Source: Bacteriovoracaceae bacterium (GTDB lineage: Bacteria > Bdellovibrionota > Bacteriovoracia > Bacteriovoracales > Bacteriovoracaceae). Taken from it: a DNA stretch of 29,199 bases. Below the pieces are notes generated by a model that was not told the origin of the DNA, did no database searches, and saw only the letters and a list, made by a program, of their open reading frames with translations. A program made the position numbers and the translations under genes. Positions 17,946 through 25,930 of this stretch are shown piece by piece (within the stretch, counting starts at the first letter, position 1; every line of letters begins with the position of its first letter). Where the stretch lies: assembly GCA_018649885.1 (NCBI GenBank), contig JABIHA010000035.1:62001-91199 (forward strand), in the 5' to 3' direction.

Positions 17946-18860
17946 TTATCTTCTCTGAGATCTGCGTCCGCGCTGTCTATTTTGTTGCTTGCGCTTAGGC
18001 CCTTGCCTGGTTTCTTGTCTTTTCCGTTGTTGCTTTTGGCCTTGAATCCAAATTGCATCAACCCATTGGGGATAATCTATCAGAGGGTTTCGATTATTTT
18101 GATAGGTAAAACCCACTTCATTTCTTCTTAGTTCGTGTGCACTGACTGGATCTGCTTTGTGCCACTTAATTAGGATATCGAGAAACCACTTGCTGTAGAC
18201 TTGGTCACGAGTGTTATCGATCATATCGTGTTCCCAATTAGCGACGCGGTCTTCATAGCGAATGGCAAAATACAATAAGGCCCTGGCAATATCACCTTTA
18301 AATTCATCAATGGGTTCAAAAACTTTTCCACGGTATGGGCCGCTGCAATTGGTCCCTACTTTTGATCCATTAGCGGACACCCATTCTGGATTATCAACTT
18401 CACCAAAAGGAAGTCGTCCTCTTCTATTGTTGACATAGCCATCAGTTGGAAAGACATGGAAAAAATCAGATCTCATTGGACTTTGTTTTCTAAAAATACT
18501 TTGGGGAAATAGATGCTCTCTATTGGCGCAGTCACCTTCTTTACGATAGTTACCACACTGATGTGATCTCTTGGAGTAGTTATACTGGTCGGGGGCCTTG
18601 GCATTTTCTGAGTACATATCAACGATGGATCCATCATTTTCATATGTTTTATCTACATCACTTTCTAAGTATATTTGATTGAGAGATCCATAGGACCTAG
18701 CGGTATGAGTTTGTCTCAGAATTTGCTTGAGAGCACTTTTTAACTCATAACCAGAAAGGGTGTTGATGGAATCAAAATCATAATATTCACTTTGGGGGCT
18801 AGCGTAAGCGCCCAGCGTTAAAGACTTCAGGACAATAAGGACAAAGGCTAAATTCATCAA
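17946..18860 (-). CDS. Secreted endonuclease I family nuclease with basic C-terminal tail
   Basis: Signal peptide, NREHLFPQS, DFFHVFPTDGYVNNRRG, KGDIARALLYF, DPVS..E..RN, QNNRNPLID. Confidence 0.92.
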   Translation of the reverse strand: MMNLAFVLIVLKSLTLGAYASPQSEYYDFDSINTLSGYELKSALKQILRQTHTARSYGSLNQIYLESDVDKTYENDGSIVDMYSENAKAPDQYNYSKRSHQCGNYRKEGDCANREHLFPQSIFRKQSPMRSDFFHVFPTDGYVNNRRGRLPFGEVDNPEWVSANGSKVGTNCSGPYRGKVFEPIDEFKGDIARALLYFAIRYEDRVANWEHDMIDNTRDQVYSKWFLDILIKWHKADPVSAHELRRNEVGFTYQNNRNPLIDYPQWVDAIWIQGQKQQRKRQETRQGPKRKQQNRQRGRRSQRR

Positions 18861-19130
18861 TAATCCGTAGTTGCGTAATGTTTAATATTTCTGAACTAGT
18901 GTATTCACACAAAACTAATAAAGCAATACTTATATAATCTATTAGTATTACTTCTAATCGCTTCGATATGCGCAACATGTTGGCCAAAAATTTAAACAGT
19001 AGAAAGCTTTGCGTTGATATACCCAAATTGACATAGGGAAAAGCTCATCTTAAAACCTTATACCAACCTACATTAGAGCATTAAAGATACTGTCCAAATA
19101 AATTGGAGAGACTAGATAAGGAAAGTAAGA

Positions 19131-19331
19131 ATGGAAATTGTAAAACAAACTAACGAGTACACAATCTTAAAAAAACGAAGTGGACGTTACGGCGTAAGAT
19201 CTGCAAACAAGAAATGGATCAGCGGAGAAGAAAAAGTCAAAATCCTATTAGGCGCGGGACTTATCAAAGCGGTAGTCGCTGCCAAAAAAGAAGAGCCAGC
19301 AGCTCCAGAAGCAGAAGCAACTAAAGAGTAG
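19131..19331 (+). CDS. Small hypothetical protein
   Basis: 66 aa with RBS (AAGGA), KKRSGRYGV...W...EEK..IL...GLI pattern and an Ala/Glu/Pro tail. Followed by a hairpin. Confidence 0.8.
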   Translation: MEIVKQTNEYTILKKRSGRYGVRSANKKWISGEEKVKILLGAGLIKAVVAAKKEEPAAPEAEATKE

Positions 19332-19339
19332 ATAGTTTC

Positions 19340-19360
19340 CCAGAGGCCTAAGGCCTCTGG
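19340..19360 (+). terminator. Perfect inverted repeat, terminator-like hairpin
   Basis: CCAGAGGCCT-A-AGGCCTCTGG 8 nt after the stop codon. No strong U-tract. Confidence 0.55.
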
Positions 19361-19426
19361 TTGCCTCCATTTTTGGCCTTGGGCCTGTGTCAGCAGTTCC
19401 CTCCTAACCCCTCAAAATCAAACCTA

Positions 19427-19454
19427 TAAACTATTTTTTAGAATTAACCGATAA
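19427..19454 (+). promoter_or_regulatory. Sigma-28-like promoter
   Basis: TAAA-N16-ACCGATAA upstream of ORF 19496. Confidence 0.5.
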
Positions 19455-19495
19455 ATTTCATCATATAATAGATGAAACTCTGAATAGGTGGGGAT

Positions 19496-19867
19496 ATGAA
19501 GAAATTGTTTATAGCTATAGTTCTAAATATATTTTGTTTTAGCGCTCTGTGTGAAGACGTTAACAAGGGCCAGGTTTCAAACCTCATTGATCAATTTGTT
19601 GAAAAAGGTATCTTGACCAAAGAGCAGGCAATAGGTGCTAAGGGTAGGCTTGGCAATGTATCAGATGAAGAGTGGAAGAAGGTCAATAAATCGGCTGCTC
19701 TGAATTCTAAAAAGATGAAAAGCAAGTACCGAAAAAGTGCAAGCCTGAGTGTTGATGATGCGGCTGAAGGAATTGATACTGAGTCCCCTGAGTTTAAAAG
19801 AATTCAAAAAGAAATGGGCTCAATTTTACATAAGCACAAAGACCCAAATGCAGGATCTTCTCAGTAG
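19496..19867 (+). CDS. Hypothetical secreted protein
   Basis: Signal peptide MKKLFIAIVLNIFCFSALC and a helical charged body. Confidence 0.75.
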   Translation: MKKLFIAIVLNIFCFSALCEDVNKGQVSNLIDQFVEKGILTKEQAIGAKGRLGNVSDEEWKKVNKSAALNSKKMKSKYRKSASLSVDDAAEGIDTESPEFKRIQKEMGSILHKHKDPNAGSSQ

Positions 19868-19887
19868 CACTCAAAATATGTATCATT

Positions 19888-20535
19888 GTGAATATGGACT
19901 CTGACAAAAAATGGATTGCCACTTGTGTGGCCTTAATTCCCGAGATAAATGATGAATCTTTTCTATTTGAGCTAAACCGAGCGCTCGCTGGTGGATCTGA
20001 ATCAAGCTTCCTCTTTGATGGTAATCACAGGCCGCATATCACTTTGATGCAAGATTTTATAGAATCATCAAAACTGTCTGTTCTAGAAAAATCACTTGCT
20101 GACATTGATTGGCAGGGGATTTCTGAGCTCACAGTATCTGGAGTAGAACGAAGCTGCGAAATAGAAAAAGGGGTTTTCACTCCATGTCTTGAAGTTTGCG
20201 ATTCTGGTGATTATCTATCTAAGCTTCATAGGCAGGTGATGGATTGTTCAAGTGCTTTGTCTTCAAACAGCGAAGTTTTAAAAGGCGAGTTTTGTGACCA
20301 CGTGGTACATCCTAAGTGTCACCACTATGTTCAAAATTTTTCACAATTTAAGTCATATGAAAATTTTTATCCGCACCTAACGTTGGGAATTAGCAGAAAT
20401 CTATCACAGATGGTTTCAGTTTTTGAGAATATGACTTTTCCCAAAACACTAAGGGTTGATAGTGTTGTTTTGGCACAATTAGGTGATATATGCACAATCC
20501 CTCTCAAAACTTATTGGGAAAAAAATCTTCCCTAA
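19888..20535 (+). CDS. 2H phosphoesterase (2'-5' RNA ligase-like) protein
   Basis: Two HxT motifs, PHITL and PHLTLG. Confidence 0.8.
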   Translation: MNMDSDKKWIATCVALIPEINDESFLFELNRALAGGSESSFLFDGNHRPHITLMQDFIESSKLSVLEKSLADIDWQGISELTVSGVERSCEIEKGVFTPCLEVCDSGDYLSKLHRQVMDCSSALSSNSEVLKGEFCDHVVHPKCHHYVQNFSQFKSYENFYPHLTLGISRNLSQMVSVFENMTFPKTLRVDSVVLAQLGDICTIPLKTYWEKNLP

Positions 20536-21707
20536 TATAAATCCGAGAAAAAAGACTTTGTTTTTATATTTGAAGTTAGGTTCCCAATATCAACTCTTCC
20601 TTTTTTTGAGAATTCAATTTGTACATGAGGATAGATCAGAATTTTTCTTACAAGGCCGAAGTCCATAAACTCAGCATCTCTAAAGCGAAGCCCTCTCCAG
20701 AGTTTTAATTCAGGTGGCGCCATAATAATTTTATAAATTTGTTTTACTCTAAAATCCCTTGAAGGGAATCTTGAGTGGTAATGATCTTTTAAAAGAGATG
20801 TTTCAATATCAGTTGTCGAGGCAAGCCATAGATGGTCTTCATTGTCTCCGATACTTCTGTCTTTTATCACCAGTTCAATATCATTACGACCTGATAGGGA
20901 GAGGATAAAGTTGTGCCGGTAAACTTTTGGAATATCAGTTAACTGAATTCGCCCCTCTGCTTTAAGGACTTCCATGAATTTTTTAAAAACATCCTGTTCT
21001 TCTTTTAGGTACACATCCATCTCCTTGGATTCAAGTGGTTGATAAAAGTGAATATTGTTATTATGTCTTTCAAGTGCGGTTTGTAGGTGAGAGTCTTTCC
21101 TTGTGAGCCATGGAGCGAATTTTTCTAACTTATCAAATAAATCGCCATGGGATTCAATTGCGATCAATGTGAATGGTTTTGACTTTGCAATTTTTTTCAG
21201 CTCTCCCAATACTCGGTTCAACATTTTTCCTGCAGGTAAGTAGATAAAATAGTAATCGGCTACAGGGATTTCAATTTCATTTAAATCTCCACATATTAGA
21301 CCTGTTGTATCTAATCCAAAATATGAAAGAGATTTTTCACAGGCCTTTAGTCTCCCTTGCATTTTCTCAATGCAAATAACTTTAAGTTGAGGGTAGATAA
21401 AGGAGTACAAGAGCTTGGATCTACCCACTCCTGCACCTAAGTCTACAAAAGACCCACCTTGATTAAAGTCTAGCTTTTTGGCGATATTGAAAAAATCGAG
21501 GTATGAGGTATAAATGGCCCTTGGGTCCAAAGGCGCCTCCCCATAGCAGTCCTTGTCTTCAGAGGACACAGTACTTTCAATCTGATAGTGCTGAATTTTA
21601 AACCAATCATCTAAAATTGCTTCTTTTTGAAAAATAGATCTATTTGAAGATAAAATATTTAATATGAATTCTTTTTTTCTATTAAAGCTCATAATTTTTT
21701 CTCTCAA
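20532..21707 (-). CDS. Class I SAM-dependent methyltransferase-like protein with unrecognised C-terminal half
   Basis: FVDLGAGVGR motif I, CIE acidic motif, GDL...ADYYFIY. Confidence 0.7.
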   Translation of the reverse strand: MREKIMSFNRKKEFILNILSSNRSIFQKEAILDDWFKIQHYQIESTVSSEDKDCYGEAPLDPRAIYTSYLDFFNIAKKLDFNQGGSFVDLGAGVGRSKLLYSFIYPQLKVICIEKMQGRLKACEKSLSYFGLDTTGLICGDLNEIEIPVADYYFIYLPAGKMLNRVLGELKKIAKSKPFTLIAIESHGDLFDKLEKFAPWLTRKDSHLQTALERHNNNIHFYQPLESKEMDVYLKEEQDVFKKFMEVLKAEGRIQLTDIPKVYRHNFILSLSGRNDIELVIKDRSIGDNEDHLWLASTTDIETSLLKDHYHSRFPSRDFRVKQIYKIIMAPPELKLWRGLRFRDAEFMDFGLVRKILIYPHVQIEFSKKGRVDIGNLTSNIKTKSFFSDLY

Positions 21708-22564
21708 GGAATTGGGTTTTGGTCAAGCGGAAGTTTAGCTACCACCTGTGTGGTGTTAAAAATATTGTTTTCAAGGTTAGCTTCTTTTCGGTATCCCACA
21801 TCTCTTATCTCCATAACCGTCATAAAACCATAGAATCCTGGTGAGGGGCGGGGAATTTTAAATTGAAATTCTTTTTTAGCGGAAGTTTTGAGTTCACCTA
21901 GTGGGAAGTTGACGATTTTTTGATAGTCAAAGTAATTACCCTCTTTGGTCATTTTAAGTTTGAATGTTAGCCTGCGTGCATAGAAAATTTTGTTTCCAAT
22001 ATTTGATACTGTTGTCACAATATTTAAGTATCTTCCAGCATTTGCAGGTGTTCTTTTTATTAAAACACCTTCTAGTTTTAAATCTCCAAAATCTGAAACA
22101 CTATGAATCCTATGAACAAAAGAGAAAACTTTGTAATTAGAAATCAGTTTGATATTGGGACAAAGAGAAGGAAGGTTTTTCAATTTTGCATAAAGTGTAT
22201 ACTTCCCATAGGGGAGTTCTCTGGGATGGCCTGGGTCAAAGAAGTTGAACGAAATTTGTTTTGAACTTTTCGCCCTCATGCCTTCACTTTCAGCAAATAC
22301 GATGACATTTTTAGTATAAATTCTTTTATTTTCTTTCATAAAATCCACCTCAATTTGGATTGGGGGATTACACTCTGGTCGGTTTTGATCGTGATTCACA
22401 ATCTGTGCTTTTATGTACTGGCCATGAGCTGTGGAAAATACTTTGAGGTCTGTCAATTCAACTCCTGTTTGACGAGTTTCACTACCAAGAGGTTTGGGAG
22501 TGAGGGAGAAGGTCAATAAAAGTAGTTGAGAAAGTAAAAGTATGATCCATTCCTTGGTCATCAT
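21704..22564 (-). CDS. Hypothetical exported beta-rich protein (CARDB/Ig-like)
   Basis: Signal-like N-terminus. GDL, VSNIG and EANLENN resemble CARDB motifs. Confidence 0.55.
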   Translation of the reverse strand: MMTKEWIILLLSQLLLLTFSLTPKPLGSETRQTGVELTDLKVFSTAHGQYIKAQIVNHDQNRPECNPPIQIEVDFMKENKRIYTKNVIVFAESEGMRAKSSKQISFNFFDPGHPRELPYGKYTLYAKLKNLPSLCPNIKLISNYKVFSFVHRIHSVSDFGDLKLEGVLIKRTPANAGRYLNIVTTVSNIGNKIFYARRLTFKLKMTKEGNYFDYQKIVNFPLGELKTSAKKEFQFKIPRPSPGFYGFMTVMEIRDVGYRKEANLENNIFNTTQVVAKLPLDQNPIP

Positions 22565-22835
22565 CTGTATAAGGCCATCGTGACCTTACATGCACTAAAT
22601 GTGCAATCTAAGTGCCATTGTTTTTTTGATACACTTTTAATGAAGACAGCAGCTTGTGAACTCAATTTTTTTTATTTGGCCGTATGGTTTTTAAACTATT
22701 AGTCACATTGCTTAGGAAAGTGGACTCTTTTTGTCAGAAGCATGAAGGTGATATTAGACATGAGATTGGATAGATTTATCAAAAAATTACTTATTTCTTT
22801 AGTATCATTTTCACGAGTAGTGATACCATACTAAA

Positions 22836-23414
22836 ATGATGGAAGAAATCTCAAAAAAGGTCGCCATCCATTTGGCGACAGAGGCATTGAAGGGTTATTT
22901 AAGGGACGGTATTCCTGCTCAGGTGGATAAGGGTGAGCTGATTAAGCAAGTGGGGCCAAACTCAGTCTTATTTCAAGACAGAGGCTGTTTTGTCACACTT
23001 AAAACATCTGACGATGTTTTAAGAGGTTGTGTGGGCACCATTGTATCTGAAGACCCTCTCTATCAAAATATTATGGAAAATGCCATTTCGGCGGGATGTA
23101 AGGACAACAGGTTTAACCCAGTAACCTTTGATGAGGTTCAAACTTTAAAATTCGAAATAAGTGTGATGGGTCCGCTTCAAAGAGTTCACTCACTTGATGA
23201 GATTCGAGTAGGGGTGCATGGACTTATTATGATCCAAGGGGATGCCCAGGGCCTTTTGTTACCTCAAGTAGCAACTGAATGGGGTTGGGACCGTGAAACT
23301 CTTCTCAAACAAACATGTATTAAGGCAGGTCTTCCAGAGGAAGCCTACAAAGATAGTAACACTGAAATTTTCTCTTTTTCTGCAGAAATTTTTTGTGAAG
23401 ATGATGTTGAATAA
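22836..23414 (+). CDS. amrA: AmmeMemoRadiSam system protein A (AMMECR1 family)
   Basis: GCFVTL, LRGCVG, DNRF.PV, EISV, GLLLPQVA.EWGW...KAG. Confidence 0.95.
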   Translation: MMEEISKKVAIHLATEALKGYLRDGIPAQVDKGELIKQVGPNSVLFQDRGCFVTLKTSDDVLRGCVGTIVSEDPLYQNIMENAISAGCKDNRFNPVTFDEVQTLKFEISVMGPLQRVHSLDEIRVGVHGLIMIQGDAQGLLLPQVATEWGWDRETLLKQTCIKAGLPEEAYKDSNTEIFSFSAEIFCEDDVE

Positions 23415-23416
23415 CG

Positions 23417-25079
23417 AAGTTAAAAAAATTAAAACTCGGCTTGATAGTTATCCCAACCTAGCTCCAATCTAGTTTGACACGGACAACTGTGCAAAAGAAT
23501 GCTAAACATTATTTTAAAAAGCTTATTGGATCTTGTCTGCAAGACTCCAGTCTATTTCTTCAAGGGGGCTGACCCCAGCAGCACGCAATTTTCAATTGCC
23601 TCTTTGTTTTTAGACCCTGCTCGTAAGCTTACTTGTAAGGCCTGAGACCATATACTACCATTTTGTAACGTGAGTTGAATCGGTCAGGAAATCTGTTTAC
23701 GAGCTCTTTTTTCTGCGTGATTTTTTTCTAAAGATTTAGCACCAAAGTCTAAAACAAATTGTCTGGTATTGTGGTTCTTACATACAAGTCTTAAATTATC
23801 TAATGTATTTTTCCCTCCCTTTGAATAGGGGACGGCGTGGTGATCAAATTCCAGGTTTCTGGATTCGGTGCACCTTCCTCTGTGCATGCTAACATGTTCG
23901 CAGGTGTAGCTTGCTCTTTTTCGAATTTTTCTTTTTATCACTTGGGGAATATACCGAGATCTTGTACTTTGTACTGGAGAAGGCCTTCGAATTGCTTTTA
24001 ATTCACACTTCCTAACTTGTTTCAATTTACTTTCAAGGGCCACTTCAAGTAATTTGCTCTGATCCTCTCCTGTGAGATCTTGCAGCTCATTCAAAAGTTC
24101 CAAGACTTTTTTCGAGACCTTTAGTTTAGGGGCGAGCTCTTTTTGTTGAGAATGCGAAGGCCTTGATGGTGCTATAGACAAAATCTCTTTTGCTTTTGAT
24201 ATGGGGACTCCCACTATTTTTGAAATAACTTCCTCTTTTTTGGCCACCGATTTATCAGGCTGCTTTGTGAGATAATCGTGGGCCACAACCGCAGCAGTTA
24301 GTGAGAGCTCTCCTTTTTGGATTGCCTTTTCAATTTGATCCGAGTTTGCCATTAATTTCATGGCCGTGACCCGGTAATATGCTTCTCCTCGAGTATAACC
24401 CAGCTCTGTTACACAGTACTCATTAAGTGTTTTGCGGTTGTACTCAGTAAACAATCTTCTTCTGTAAATTTCTTTCAAGTGGAGTAGAACAATATGGAGC
24501 TGATCCTTTTCTTTTTTAACTTCTAATAGAACACTTTTTAATAATTTATCATCACTCATTTTCTCAATCATCACCTTTAACCTCCAAGCGCTCCAGCAGC
24601 TTACCATGGTTTTATCACCCAAATACTGGCTCCATAAAGCACTGCTAGCGCCACTAGACTTTAAATTTGGTGATGGACGTTGAATGATTTTGTGAAGTAT
24701 CAATAGGCCAGCTCTCAAGGAGTATAACACCCCCTAAAAAAGAATCTCATTTCCATTTCTCTCACTCAAAATAAAAGGCGAAACTATCCCCCAAGCACTT
24801 TTTCCTAATAAAACCTATCACCAAAGCCAGCAATTCCAGAAGTGAAATTCCTTCCCAACCTCCCCCTTGTAAAAGCAATCCTCAAAACCATATATCAACT
24901 AAAAAACACCCACATCACAAAACTCATCAAAACAACTCTAAACTATGCCGTGATAAAAGGGCCGTCACGTAACTAAACCTGAAGCTCAACCTTTTGTCGG
25001 CCCGTGAACTACAAATCCTTTATATGAAGGTCTTGATTCTTTGAAGAAAATTGAAGGTACATCCAATACGGCCAAGTTA
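23417..25079 (-). mobile_element. Candidate HNH-encoding element, copy 2 (boundaries tentative)
   Basis: Fills the whole gap between the amrA and amrB stops. AAGTTA at 23417-23422 and 25074-25079. Same architecture as copy 1. Confidence 0.5.
23684..24571 (-). CDS. HNH endonuclease with helical (DUF222-like) N-terminus, intact
   Basis: GGAGG (24581-24585) before GTG 24574/ATG 24571. MSDDKLL...HLKEIYRRRLF...EYCVTELGYT..EAYYRV. C-terminal SRYIP...C...C...EFDHH..PYSKGG....NLRLVCKNHN. Confidence 0.9.
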   Translation of the reverse strand: MIEKMSDDKLLKSVLLEVKKEKDQLHIVLLHLKEIYRRRLFTEYNRKTLNEYCVTELGYTRGEAYYRVTAMKLMANSDQIEKAIQKGELSLTAAVVAHDYLTKQPDKSVAKKEEVISKIVGVPISKAKEILSIAPSRPSHSQQKELAPKLKVSKKVLELLNELQDLTGEDQSKLLEVALESKLKQVRKCELKAIRRPSPVQSTRSRYIPQVIKRKIRKRASYTCEHVSMHRGRCTESRNLEFDHHAVPYSKGGKNTLDNLRLVCKNHNTRQFVLDFGAKSLEKNHAEKRARKQIS

Positions 25080-25868
25080 CTTATAAACGATGTAACTTCC
25101 ATATCCCACTACTTGATCTTTATCACCAGCAGTATCACCAGAGTTTCTTATATCTATTGCTTTCACTTTAAATTTTAGAGACTGGGCCCATTTGAGAAGC
25201 CCACTAAGAGGATAATATCCACAAGCATCATCACCTGTGATTTTTTCAAATTGGCAGCTCTCAATGAGAGATGAGGTAGATGAGTCTTGCTCGCGGGCCT
25301 GATCATAAGAGTGAAAATGACTTAAGTCGCTACTTATAATAATAAAGGCACCACGAAGGTGAAGACCATCAATGATTTTTTCTATTTCACCAGGTGAGCA
25401 TCTTCCAACAATTAATGGGACTATAGAAAAATCAGTGAGATACTTTTGCAGAAATGGCAGGTGTACTTCAAGTGCGTGCTCTCTTTCAAAAACCTGATCA
25501 ATTATTTGTACTTGTCCTGAATTAACAAGCTCATTTTTTAAAGGCTGATTGACTTCTATTTTTCCAAGAGGTGTTTCAAAGCATTCAGCACCGTGAGTGG
25601 CGACTCCCTCAAAATTAAAATAGTGTGTAGGTGATAAGATCGCAATGGTTTTTGGGGCAAGGCCTTGAAGTAGCTGATAACCAGAGGCCGCAATGGGCCC
25701 AGAAAAAACGAGACCAGCGTGGGGCGCGATTAGGGCCACTGCTGAGTTGTACTCTTCTTGCCCCGTTTTAATTGAGTTGTCATCACATGCATCGAGGAGT
25801 TTTTTAAGCTCCTCGCTATTTTCAGGATAAAATGACCCAGCAACATTACTTTTTTTGACAGTATCCAT
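25077..25868 (-). CDS. amrB: AmmeMemoRadiSam system protein B (MEMO1 family)
   Basis: VAGSFYP, PHAGLVFSG, EHALEVHLPFLQ, SSDLSH, ACG, NSGD...VVGY. Confidence 0.95.
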   Translation of the reverse strand: MDTVKKSNVAGSFYPENSEELKKLLDACDDNSIKTGQEEYNSAVALIAPHAGLVFSGPIAASGYQLLQGLAPKTIAILSPTHYFNFEGVATHGAECFETPLGKIEVNQPLKNELVNSGQVQIIDQVFEREHALEVHLPFLQKYLTDFSIVPLIVGRCSPGEIEKIIDGLHLRGAFIIISSDLSHFHSYDQAREQDSSTSSLIESCQFEKITGDDACGYYPLSGLLKWAQSLKFKVKAIDIRNSGDTAGDKDQVVGYGSYIVYK

Positions 25869-25930
25869 AGGTTTTCCTATTCACTATTAAGCTAGGAAAA
25901 GTATAATAGAAACCTGGTCAGGAGAAAAGA

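Noticed and set aside
17202..18860. Sir2 + nuclease anti-phage system
   Set aside because: The sirtuin is a typical CobB deacylase, the nuclease is secreted and the genes are convergent.
23684..24730. IscB/Cas9/TnpB assignment for the HNH proteins, and the 348 aa long start
   Set aside because: No RuvC motifs, PLMP start or RRxRR bridge helix. The RBS and alignment with copy 1 place the start at 24571/24574.
23429..25078. Terminal inverted repeats for the HNH modules (AACTCGGC vs GCCAAGTT)
   Set aside because: Only 7 of 8 bases match, the position is inconsistent with the proposed direct repeats, and copy 1 has no equivalent pair.
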